Below, piece after piece: positions 1-8,062 of a DNA stretch of 64,000 bases. Origin of the DNA: Eubacteriales bacterium (GTDB taxonomy: Bacteria > Bacillota > Clostridia > Oscillospirales > CAG-272). A program made the position numbers and the translations under genes. The first letter of the stretch is position 1. Every line of letters begins with the position of its first letter. The notes under the pieces were generated by a model. It was not told the origin of the DNA. It worked only from the letters and a program-made list of their open reading frames with translations, and made no database searches. The DNA lies in contig JAXDZV010000022.1 of assembly GCA_034086705.1 (NCBI GenBank), positions 912 through 64,911 of the forward strand, in the 5' to 3' direction.

Positions 1-138
1 TATCGCTCGGAATCAGACTTTCGAAGTGCGGTGGACAAGTACATGATTTTCCATAATACCAAACGCCCGCACAAGAAATTGCAATACAAGACTCCCGAAC
101 AGAAAGAAGAATATGCCTTGAAACTGAAGGATTTCTGA
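1..138 (+). CDS. IS3-family transposase (integrase-core OrfB) C-terminal end; 5' part lies outside the window
   Basis: Frame 1 reads YRSESDFRSAVDKYMIFHNTKRPHKKLQYKTPEQKEEYALKLKDF*. The YNxxRPHxxLxYxTPxQ tail is typical of rve/IS3 integrase C-termini. Truncated by the window edge. Confidence 0.7.
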   Translation, partial: YRSESDFRSAVDKYMIFHNTKRPHKKLQYKTPEQKEEYALKLKDF

Positions 139-335
139 GACACGTGCAGACAGACTAAAGGGTTCAAAAAGGTTTGTTTTTAATTTTCCGGATTGCCAAA
201 TCCGAGTTATTCGTTTTTTAGTCCGACTGACAAAAAGAAAATGCGACCTCGAAAAGCCGCATAAATACTGGATTTTATAATAAAAACACCATTGACCCCG
301 AACTTAAGGGTTCAGATTTCCATGGTGTCTTTAGA

Positions 336-411
336 TGGTGGAGACGAAGAGATTCGAACTCTCGACCTTACGGATGCGAACCGTACGCTCTCCCAACTGA
401 GCTACGCCCCC
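336..411 (-). tRNA. tRNA-Ala (anticodon CGC)
   Basis: The reverse complement is GGGGGCGTAGCTCAGTTGGGAGAGCGTACGGTTCGCATCCGTAAGGTCGAGAGTTCGAATCTCTTCGTCTCCACCA. It folds as a cloverleaf with the G3:U70 Ala identity pair, anticodon loop TTCGCAT, a TTCGAAT T-loop and an encoded CCA. Confidence 0.95.
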
Positions 412-420
412 ATCGGGATT

Positions 421-449
421 ATTATACAACATCTTTGTGTTGTTTGCAA
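421..449 (-). promoter_or_regulatory. sigma-A type promoter for tRNA-Ala
   Basis: On the minus strand: TTGCAA (449..444), a 17-nt spacer, then TATAAT (426..421). The -10 ends about 10 nt before the tRNA 5' end. Confidence 0.5.
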
Positions 450-822
450 CAGTTTTTCAAAATTTTGTAAAAACTGTAGCTCCTAGTATAACCGGTAGCT
501 TTTGCGGTCATATAGGCACCCTCCCAGCCGTAACGGAAGAAAGACGCATCCAACGCCTTGCGAATCAGATATTCTTCCTGCGCCGTGTGCTGCCGGGGAT
601 GACGCTTAGGTCGGTGAGAACGTTCTTTCAGAGATTGCCACGTACCGTCGTGGCGTTTGCACCTCCGCTTCATGCTGCTTAAACTCACACCATACTTCCC
701 AGCTGCAAAACTCTTTCTTTTTTTATCGCCAGCTTAACTACCGCTTGACGGCTGCGGCCTTCTTGTGCTATCCTGTCATGAGAAGGCTCCTCTTTGTGTT
801 TGGTGCTTTGTGGGGAATTCAC
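422..822 (-). pseudogene. Transposase N-terminal HTH fragment (IS481/IS3-superfamily-like), frameshifted and 3'-truncated
   Basis: The minus strand reads ...HDRIAQEGRSRQAVVKLAIKK. A frame change within a T7/A7 run (718..724) then gives KSFAAGKYGVSLSSMKRRCKRHDGTWQSLKERSHRPKRHPRQHTAQEEYLIRK...GYTRSYSFYKILKN. The HTH followed by 'RSxRPxxxP' is typical of the N-terminal part of rve-type transposases. No catalytic domain follows. Confidence 0.6.
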
Positions 823-910
823 TATGCCACATCGAGGTTGACTTCTCATCTTTTTTGGTTCACATCATTTTAGCACATACACGCAATCGTATAAAAAAAG
901 AAATTTGCAC

Positions 911-939
911 TTTACAAGATCTATTTTTTGTGCTATACT
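911..939 (+). promoter_or_regulatory. sigma-A type promoter for tRNA-Arg
   Basis: TTTACA (911..916), a 17-nt spacer, then TGcTATACT with the -10 at 934..939. This sits about 20 nt upstream of the tRNA. Confidence 0.5.
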
Positions 940-959
940 ATATCTGTTCAAAGATAAAT

Positions 960-1036
960 CTGCCCGTGGCACAGCTGGATAGCGCGTTAGACTCCGACTC
1001 TAAAGGTCAGCGGTTCGAATCCGCTCGGGCAGGCCA
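960..1036 (+). tRNA. tRNA-Arg (anticodon CCG)
   Basis: CTGCCCG/CGGGCAG acceptor stem, anticodon arm TTAGA-CTCCGAC-TCTAA, T arm AGCGG-TTCGAAT-CCGCT, encoded CCA. There is one A:C mismatch in the D stem. Confidence 0.9.
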
Positions 1037-1041
1037 AAGAT

Positions 1042-1070
1042 CCCGGATGCCGTGGTGTCCGGGTTTTTTT
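1042..1070 (+). terminator. intrinsic terminator after tRNA-Arg
   Basis: CCCGGA...TCCGGG hairpin followed by T7. Confidence 0.8.
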
Positions 1071-1090
1071 ATCGGGTAAGGAGGCAATAT

Positions 1091-2245
1091 ATGAATCAAA
1101 AAGAAACAGCGGAACTGCGTCGACATTTTCACCCTGATCGTACGAATATTACTGTTTTTTACGGTTGTTATATCAATGACAAAAGAGAAATTCTCAAGCG
1201 GTTTTCCGTTCCGCTTTCTACACTTGCAGAACAGGAGAGCGAGGCGTTATTGAAGAATTTGCAAAAAACGCTCTCTGGCAAAATTGAGAAAGACCTGTCG
1301 CAGCTTTCTTTCTCCAATGAACAGGTATTAAACGGCGCTGCTTATCAAAACCTTTCGACTCTGCGTAGCAGTGGTTGTATGGATGAAGCTGCTCGTGAGA
1401 CGCTTTATCAGAAGATCGCAGAATCCACACAGATAGACGGCAGCTATGTTGTGCTTTTGGTTTGCGATACATATGATGTTTTCACACATGGAAAGCGTGC
1501 AAAAGATGGGGAAGACTCTTCTGAACAGTTCAAATATATAACTGCAGCGATTTGTCCGCTCAAAAACGGAAAACCGCATCTTGCCTTTTCCGCTTTTGAT
1601 AATACGTTTAAAAACTGTGTGGAAAATGCTGTGATTTCGACACCTGTATTTGGTTTTACGTTTCCTTGTTTCGATGATCGAAAAAGTAATATATACGCAG
1701 CGTTGTGTTATCGCAAAGATAATGGAAATGGGTATGAAGAGTTAATTCGCTCTTTGTTTGATACGGATGCACCGATGCCTGTTGCCGAGCAGCAGGAAAC
1801 TTTTTGCCGCCTGTTAGGGGATACCGTTTCTCATAGCTGTGATCTTGGTGTTATGCAGGCGTTACATGCAAATGTTAGCACGTGGATTGAAGAACATCGG
1901 CAGAGCCATGATCCCGAGCCTCTGCTGATTGCAAAGGATGCTTTGGAAGATGTGTTGCGCAGCTGTGATGTGCCGGCAGAGCAAATTGCTTCTTTTGGCA
2001 CAGAGTATAATGAATCTTTCGGTATTGGTGCGGCTGTTTCGCCCGGCAATATTGTCGACCCACGGCGCTTTGAGCTGGAAACGCCTGATGTTTGCATTCG
2101 CGTTAATCCGCAGCGTCCAGATCTTGTAAGTACGCAAATCATTGATGGTGCGAAATATATTCTTGTTCGCGCAGATTCGGGTGTGACAGTGAACGGGGTG
2201 ACGATTCATATTGACCCTAAAGCGGGGGACAATTCCTCGCATTAA
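1091..2245 (+). CDS. DUF4317-family protein (conserved Firmicute protein of unknown function)
   Basis: ATG at 1091 preceded by AAGGAGG. The N-terminus MNQKETAELRRHFHPDRTNITVFYGCYIN resembles DUF4317 as I recall the family. The earlier start at 1052 would overlap the tRNA terminator. Confidence 0.7.
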   Translation: MNQKETAELRRHFHPDRTNITVFYGCYINDKREILKRFSVPLSTLAEQESEALLKNLQKTLSGKIEKDLSQLSFSNEQVLNGAAYQNLSTLRSSGCMDEAARETLYQKIAESTQIDGSYVVLLVCDTYDVFTHGKRAKDGEDSSEQFKYITAAICPLKNGKPHLAFSAFDNTFKNCVENAVISTPVFGFTFPCFDDRKSNIYAALCYRKDNGNGYEELIRSLFDTDAPMPVAEQQETFCRLLGDTVSHSCDLGVMQALHANVSTWIEEHRQSHDPEPLLIAKDALEDVLRSCDVPAEQIASFGTEYNESFGIGAAVSPGNIVDPRRFELETPDVCIRVNPQRPDLVSTQIIDGAKYILVRADSGVTVNGVTIHIDPKAGDNSSH

Positions 2246-2270
2246 AAAAGAAAACAGGAGGGGGATTCTG

Positions 2271-3608
2271 GTGAAAAAGCGAATGGCGGCATGTTTCTCT
2301 CTGATAGCGTGTCTTCTTATGCTTGTGCCCGGTTGCAGCAAACGCCAAAATGCGGTATTGGAGTGTTTAGATTGCGCGACAACTGCTTATGATACGAAGC
2401 TTTCTTATTCTCTTTCTACAAACGGAGAGGTAGAAATGTTTTCGTCTTATCAAACAGAATTGACGCGTAACGAGCAAGGGGAGCACATTGCGAGAACAGT
2501 AGAATACTATTCTTTGCCAATGGACGAAAACTATTGGTATGTAGATGGTGTTTACTACTATGCCGGTTTTGATGATACCAAAATATGTGCCGAACTGTCG
2601 GAAGAAGATTATGCCAAACAGCGCGAAAATCTTTTGTTTTTACAGTTTTGTGATTTAGATATGTATCAGTCTGTATCGCAAAGCGGAGCACAGCTGCTTT
2701 TGCAGGGGGCGAATGCTTCGCTGGAACAATATGTCAAACGATGTTTGGGCATCAGTACGGCTGTTTCATTGCAGAATTTGCACGTCGATGGGGCGGTGAA
2801 AAATGAAGATGGCTGCGATATATTTACGCTTTCGATAGATGGTGCTTATCGCCTTGCCGGAGAAGATAAAACTTTTACGGTTTCTTATTCTTTGGAATCT
2901 ACCGATCGAACAGAAGAGATTTTGGCGCCTGATCGAACAGTGTATACGCTTGTACAAAATTTTGAGAAAGCAAAACTCTTTAACGGTGCATATTCCTCGT
3001 TGGCTTTGCTGGAGAATATTTCATTAGAGGGTGAAAGCTTTTTCCACCTTGTTTACTCGGATGCAGATGTTATCTTGCAAGAGCAGCACATCTATACGCA
3101 AAGTATACAGCAGGAGTATTTTACTTTTACAGACCAGCTGATCTCAACATTAACGATGAATGGAGCTGTGCAGACAGCAGAGCAAACTATTTCGTATGAA
3201 GACGGAACGCTGCGAAAGGCATCCGGTGGAGAGATATATCAATCCTCGGAGGCTGCAGCATCCGACATGCTGGTAGACTGTAGGCAGTATTACAACGCAT
3301 ATGCTCCGATTTATGAGACAATAGAAAACTCATCGTGCATGCAACAAGGAGAGCAAACTGTATTTTTCTATACATATCCCTATGATATGGTTGATTCGGT
3401 TTTTATGCAGTATATCGACTTGCTTTATGATGACATGGATGAAATTTTGTCCCAAACAACCGCACGGACATATCAAACGGTTTCGGGTACTCTTACGTTG
3501 GACGGAGAGGGAAGTATGCTTTCACATGAGATTGCTTTACAGGCTGTTTATATGTTCAACGGAGAACCGCTTACTTGCACGGCAAATGTGTCGATTCACC
3601 GAAAATAG
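2271..3608 (+). CDS. putative lipoprotein, function unknown
   Basis: GTG start after AGGAGGGGG. Signal peptide with lipobox: VKKRMAACFSLIACLLMLVPG-C-SK. No recognised catalytic motif. Confidence 0.65.
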   Translation: MKKRMAACFSLIACLLMLVPGCSKRQNAVLECLDCATTAYDTKLSYSLSTNGEVEMFSSYQTELTRNEQGEHIARTVEYYSLPMDENYWYVDGVYYYAGFDDTKICAELSEEDYAKQRENLLFLQFCDLDMYQSVSQSGAQLLLQGANASLEQYVKRCLGISTAVSLQNLHVDGAVKNEDGCDIFTLSIDGAYRLAGEDKTFTVSYSLESTDRTEEILAPDRTVYTLVQNFEKAKLFNGAYSSLALLENISLEGESFFHLVYSDADVILQEQHIYTQSIQQEYFTFTDQLISTLTMNGAVQTAEQTISYEDGTLRKASGGEIYQSSEAAASDMLVDCRQYYNAYAPIYETIENSSCMQQGEQTVFFYTYPYDMVDSVFMQYIDLLYDDMDEILSQTTARTYQTVSGTLTLDGEGSMLSHEIALQAVYMFNGEPLTCTANVSIHRK

Positions 3609-3780
3609 GGATGCGTTTGTAATTTGTTTGACATTTGGACACGCAGCATATTACCCCGTTTTGTTTTATTAACAAATTGTTTTCAATTTACGAATTCTAT
3701 ATTACTGTACAAAAGAAAGCTTATATGCTATAATGCTTTGGCATGATATGTGTACTTGCATGGAAGGAAGGTAGGAATTT

Positions 3781-4683
3781 ATGACATTGGTAATTCTCGC
3801 GGCCGGTATGGGAAGTCGCTACGGCGGGCTTAAGCAAATTGATCCAATTGGGCCGAGCGGGGAATTTATTATCGACTACTCTATTTATGATGCCATTGCC
3901 GCTGGTTTTGATAAAGTGGTGTTTATTATCAAAAAAGAAAATCTTTCGGATTTTGAGGAGACGGTAGGTAAGCGTGTTAAAAAGCACGTCAAGACGTCGT
4001 ATGCTTTCCAGGACCTGCAGGATTTGCCGGATGGTTACTCTGTTCCGGCGGGGAGGATTAAGCCCTGGGGGACCTCGCATGCACTTTTATGTGCGCAGAG
4101 CGAAGTTACAGATAACTTTGCTGTCATTAACTCAGACGATTATTACGGAAAAGATACCTATCTGAAGATGGCTGCATTTTTGCGGGAAGCAAAAGATGAT
4201 TCTGCAAAGAGTCATTATGCAATGTGCGGCTTTGTTTTGAAGAATACACTTTCTGAAAACGGACATGTTGCACGCGGCATTTGCGCCAGTGAGAACGGGA
4301 TGCTCACCGGCATTGATGAGCGCACCAAAATCCAGCGTAACAACGGAACGGTGCAGTTCTTTGAAGAAGGAGAAGGCTGGACAGATGTTTCTGAGGAGAG
4401 TCTTGTCTCCATGAATTTCTGGGGATTTACTCCGGCGGTTTTCGAGCAAATTCGTTCCAGAGAGTGCTCTTTCCTTGACCATATGAAAAATCCCCAAAAG
4501 GATGAATTTTTGTTGCCGAATACCATCAAGGAGCTCAACGCGGCTGGAATTTGTGATGTCAAAGTTTTACAAACCCAGTCTAAGTGGTATGGTGTAACGT
4601 ACCATGAAGATAAAGAAAAAGTACAGCGGTTTATACAAGATGCAATTGCCCAGAATATTTATCCCGGGAGGTTGTGGGGATGA
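3781..4683 (+). CDS. sugar-1-phosphate nucleotidyltransferase family protein
   Basis: N-terminal LILAAGMGSRYGGLKQ matches the GxGxR NTP-transferase signature. The stop overlaps the next start (ATGA). Confidence 0.8.
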   Translation: MTLVILAAGMGSRYGGLKQIDPIGPSGEFIIDYSIYDAIAAGFDKVVFIIKKENLSDFEETVGKRVKKHVKTSYAFQDLQDLPDGYSVPAGRIKPWGTSHALLCAQSEVTDNFAVINSDDYYGKDTYLKMAAFLREAKDDSAKSHYAMCGFVLKNTLSENGHVARGICASENGMLTGIDERTKIQRNNGTVQFFEEGEGWTDVSEESLVSMNFWGFTPAVFEQIRSRECSFLDHMKNPQKDEFLLPNTIKELNAAGICDVKVLQTQSKWYGVTYHEDKEKVQRFIQDAIAQNIYPGRLWG

Positions 4684-5786
4684 CAGATAATACTGCTATA
4701 CGCGAGATCGCAGAGAAATTCTGTATACAAGGCGAATATCAGGATTATAAGCAAAACACATCCGGTTTGATTAATAAAACATTTATTATTCGGAGCAACG
4801 ACGGAAAAGCGGATTTTCGCTATATTCTGCAAACGGTTAATACTACTGTTTTTACACATCCCAAAGAACTGATCCAAAACATCAATTCCGTTACTGCCTA
4901 TTTGCAAGAGCAGATACGTCGTAGCGGCGGAGATCCAATGCGCGAAACCCTTTCTTTGATTCCGACGCATGACGGTTTGCTTTATTACATAGGGGCAGAC
5001 GGAAAGTTTTGGCGCATGTATAACTTTATCGATGGCGCAAGCAGCTATGATAAAGTGGAAAGCCCGGAAATGTTTTATCACTGCGGTAGAGCTTTTGGGC
5101 ATTTTCAGCGTCTGCTTGCTGCTTATCCTGCAGATACACTCTACCCGACAATTCCTCGATTCCACGATACACCGAATCGGTTAAACGATTTTCGCCAAGC
5201 GATTGCGCAGGATCGGGCAAAGCGTTGCAGTCAGGTAAAACCTGAGATCGATGGATATTTGTCCCATGCGGAGCTTTGTGACTGCATTACAAAAGAGATT
5301 GCGGCAGGGCATGTCCCGGTTCGTGTTACGCACAACGACACGAAGCTGAACAATGTTATGATTGACGATAAAACAAAGAAGGCAATTTGCATTGTTGATT
5401 TGGACACGGTTATGCCCGGATCGGCTCTATATGATTTCGGAGATGCTATTCGCTTTGGTGCAAATAATGCTGCGGAGGACGAAAAAGATCTTTCATTGGT
5501 GTACTTGCGGCAGGAGCTTTTTGATGTATTTTCCAAGGGATTTTTGGAAGAAGCGCGTGATGCGCTGACACAGACAGAGCTTTTGCTGCTCCCAGAATCT
5601 GCTATTTTGATGACGTTGGAGTGCGGTATGCGTTTCTTGGGAGACTACCTCAATGGGGACATTTATTTTGGAATCAAATATCCGGAACACAACTTGGATC
5701 GTGCCAGAACGCAGTTGCGTCTTGTGGAAGATATGTTCACAAAATTAGATGATATGCGCGCAACTGTTGCACGGTATGCAAAATAA
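4680..5786 (+). CDS. nahK: N-acetylhexosamine 1-kinase-like (NahK/LnpB-like, APH-fold phosphotransferase)
   Basis: Motifs RVTHNDTKLNN, DLDTVMPGSALYDFGDAIRFGANNAAEDEKDLS, LTLECGMRFLGDYLNGDIYFGIKYPEHNL and RTQLRLVEDM closely track Bifidobacterium NahK as I recall it. ATG at 4680 follows GGGAGG. Confidence 0.75.
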   Translation: MTDNTAIREIAEKFCIQGEYQDYKQNTSGLINKTFIIRSNDGKADFRYILQTVNTTVFTHPKELIQNINSVTAYLQEQIRRSGGDPMRETLSLIPTHDGLLYYIGADGKFWRMYNFIDGASSYDKVESPEMFYHCGRAFGHFQRLLAAYPADTLYPTIPRFHDTPNRLNDFRQAIAQDRAKRCSQVKPEIDGYLSHAELCDCITKEIAAGHVPVRVTHNDTKLNNVMIDDKTKKAICIVDLDTVMPGSALYDFGDAIRFGANNAAEDEKDLSLVYLRQELFDVFSKGFLEEARDALTQTELLLLPESAILMTLECGMRFLGDYLNGDIYFGIKYPEHNLDRARTQLRLVEDMFTKLDDMRATVARYAK

Positions 5787-5800
5787 AAATTATTGCAGCA

Positions 5801-5844
5801 AACAGGGTATTGAAACTCGAAGCGGTTTCAATACCCTGTTTCTT
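5801..5844 (+). terminator. intrinsic terminator of the nucleotidyltransferase-nahK operon
   Basis: 16-bp perfect stem AACAGGGTATTGAAAC / GTTTCAATACCCTGTT followed by TCTT. Confidence 0.85.
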
Positions 5845-5912
5845 GTGTGCTCGGCACGCGTAATAACCTGGCGGTGAAAGTCCGCTACAGGCTTGGCAGT
5901 AGGAGGTACTGT
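5845..5912 (+). mobile_element. possible 5' remnant of a group II intron (class-C-like), truncated
   Basis: It starts GTGTGCTCGGCACGCGT...GGCGGTGAAAGTCCGCTACAGGCTTGGCAGTAGGAGGTACTGT. This parallels the recalled 5' end of the Oceanobacillus iheyensis intron (GUGUGCCCGGCAUGGGU...GGGUGAGAGUCCCGAACUGUGAAGGCAGAAGUAACAGU). It begins right after a terminator hairpin, the known class C insertion niche. No domain V/VI and no RT ORF were found. Confidence 0.4.
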
Positions 5913-6008
5913 CAATAGTTTTTCGCAAATTCGTTTCTGACAAAATGAAGTAGTGTGCCGGTAGTCCGGCGATGGAGCGGCTACACTCCTCTTATTTGCA
6001 CGAAAGCA

Positions 6009-6078
6009 TATGTCGGAGGCAGAGTCAAGGGCGATCGTAAGACCGTTCATCCCGACCCTTGACTCTGCCTCCGACATA
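6009..6078. repeat. 24-bp perfect inverted repeat (long hairpin) with a 22-nt loop
   Basis: ATATGTCGGAGGCAGAGTCAAGGG ...22 nt... CCCTTGACTCTGCCTCCGACATAT. It creates the mirrored artefactual ORFs that begin MSEAESR on both strands. Confidence 0.9.
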
Positions 6079-6097
6079 TGCTATTTGATTGCTGTAT

Positions 6098-7265
6098 TTA
6101 TGCCACCTCTGTTGCGGCTTCAGTCAAATACTTCATGCAAAGATACCGCTTTGCTCCCCACTCCTTTCCCGAAACATACCGCAGTCTGGCACAAACCAGC
6201 ATCCGAGCAGACTTTCCGTCCGGGAATGTACCAACGACTCTCGTTCTGCGTCGTATCTCACGATTCATCCGCTCAATGACATTGTTCGTGCGGATCTTCA
6301 GCCAATGCTGTGACGGAAAATCCATGTAAGTCAAGGTTTCTTCAATGCCGTCCTCCACCTTTTTGGCTGCCTCATTCAGCCGCATGGAGCGCAACTTTTC
6401 CACGACGTCCTGCGCTTTCTTACGTGCTGCTTCTTTGCTCTCCTGCGCGTGGATCGCTTTGAGCATCCATGTTACCTCTCGCATATGTTTCCTCGGAGTA
6501 ACGGAGAAAATATTACGGTAAAAATGCACGGTACAATGCTGGTATTTCGCCTCCGGGAAGACCTCTGCGACGGCATTGTACATTCCCAGGCATTTGTCGC
6601 CGCTCACGAGCTTTCCACCGGCAAGCCCGCGTTCTTTCAGCCATACAAGGAAGTTTTTCCGGCTTTCGGCATCCTCCTTCATGCCTTCGGCAGCACCAAT
6701 GATCTCACGGGAACCGTCCTCGTCAACTCCTATGGCGACAAGGATACTGACATTTTCAAACTCTCCGCCCCAGTTGCGCTTGAGGGAAATACCGTCTACA
6801 TATACATACGGGTACTTGCCGGACAGCTTGCGGTTGCGCCATTCCTCAATATGCCCATAGGCTTTCTGATTCAGATCACTGATGGTGGATGCCGATACAC
6901 GGCTGCCCCACAGGGCTTCCGAGATATCTTCTACACAACGCACCGAAACACCTGCAAGATAGTGCCTCTTCCACCGAACTTTCCCTGCGGCGGTAACGCT
7001 CTATGATGGCAGTCTCAAAGGAAACGCCTTTTAGCTTCGATACCTCAAGACGTACCTCGCCGGAGGTCGTGGTCAGCTTACGGCTGTAATGCCCCGAACG
7101 GTAGCCCTGACGTGCCTCTGTGCGCTCGCACTTTGCCGCGCTCGTCAGCTCTTCGGCTTCTTTGTTCAACAGCTCATTCAGCGTTTCTTCCACACTGTTT
7201 CGGACTAATTCTTTTAATTCGCTCTCGACGCTTTCCTCGTTTAACTGTATAAGGGGCTTGGACAT
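6098..7265 (-). pseudogene. IS256-family transposase, disrupted by a frameshifting micro-deletion
   Basis: The N-terminal ORF (MSKPLIQLNEE...ERYRRRESSVEEAL) and C-terminal ORF (YLAGVSVRCVEDISEALWG...DGISLKRNW...HCTVHFYRN...) are in different frames. They meet near 6945-6955. The residues normally between VEEAL and YLAGVS (I-E-M in relatives) are missing. Confidence 0.85.
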
Positions 7266-7425
7266 GTTCAAATCTCCTTTCGAATGTTTGTGTGGTAACT
7301 TCATTCTACCAGAGTTCTTTGAGCATGTCTATCTTTTTTGCTCTTTTTTCAATTTGCGAAAAATATTATACCTTATCGCCTCATTTTTGCCGATAAACTA
7401 CCATAACCATTGTAAGTTTTAAATT

Positions 7426-7477
7426 AAAAAAACAAAACTGATTTCGATAGTTTATCGAAATCAGTTTTGTTTTTTTA
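7426..7477. terminator. bidirectional intrinsic terminator
   Basis: A7, then a 17-bp stem CAAAACTGATTTCGATA / TATCGAAATCAGTTTTG, then T8. It lies directly downstream of the minus-strand lipoprotein gene. Confidence 0.85.
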
Positions 7478-7496
7478 CCTAACATGTTTATGGGAT

Positions 7497-8009
7497 TTAG
7501 CTTTGATAAACAACTGTGAAAACGGCTTCGCCAGTTTGCTGCACCTGCAGAGAGTAAAGAATATTCTTATCCTTAATTTTCCGTACCCCCGGTGTTGTCG
7601 TATCCGAAAAAGCAAGGGTGTTGTAGATTTGATTTATCGTGTCAAGTTGCATATCCTTTTGATAAGCCTTCATGCAATACAAAGAAATACAACGAAAATA
7701 CTCCGCATTTTGGACCTCTGCAGAAGCATCATCTAAAACCACACGGATATATTTTAATTCCTGTGTGGAGGCATCCGCATAAGTGTCCAGAACAACAGCG
7801 TTATTCACACGGTACTCAGTTACTGCATACCCTTCTGCTGTGCTACCAATGTTAGCACCCGTCAACTGCCCAAAAGATTCTGTTGTGTGCTTGGTCAGCT
7901 GCTCCATAAAATCACCTTCTGTAACAATGCTGCCGCATCCGCACAAAACACCCAAAAACAGAACACACAAAGATATGAGAAAAAAACGACTGTACATCCT
8001 TTGTTTCAT
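7497..8009 (-). CDS. putative lipoprotein, function unknown
   Basis: MKQRMYSRFFLISLCVLFLGVLCG-C-GS carries a lipobox. The ATG at 8009 has AAGAGG 8 nt upstream. Confidence 0.65.
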   Translation of the reverse strand: MKQRMYSRFFLISLCVLFLGVLCGCGSIVTEGDFMEQLTKHTTESFGQLTGANIGSTAEGYAVTEYRVNNAVVLDTYADASTQELKYIRVVLDDASAEVQNAEYFRCISLYCMKAYQKDMQLDTINQIYNTLAFSDTTTPGVRKIKDKNILYSLQVQQTGEAVFTVVYQS

Positions 8010-8062
8010 ATCGGTATCCTCTTTCATTCTTTTGCATTTAAAACAATATCCCTAATGAAAAA

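Larger units (their letters stand above)
5913..7372 (-). mobile_element. IS256-family insertion sequence (boundaries approximate), inactivated
   Basis: It contains an IS256-type transposase. The imperfect terminal inverted repeat AATAgTTTTTCGCAAATT (5914..5931) matches AATTTGCGAAAAATATT (7351..7367) in reverse complement. No flanking 8-bp target duplication was seen. Confidence 0.5.

Noticed and set aside
292-1079. ORFs 292..486(+), 437..682(+) and 765..1079(+).
   Set aside because: They run through the tRNA-Ala gene, the antisense of the transposase fragment, and the tRNA-Arg gene with its terminator, respectively.
5790-6279. Mirror-image ORFs 5790..6077(-) and 6010..6279(+), both starting MSEAESR.
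   Set aside because: They are an artefact of translating the two arms of the 24-bp perfect palindrome. Neither has an SD or any recognisable domain.
6876-6955. Programmed ribosomal frameshift joining the two IS256 transposase ORFs.
   Set aside because: IS256-family transposases are single-ORF, and no slippery heptamer is present. Conserved residues are physically missing at the junction, so a deletion is the simpler explanation.
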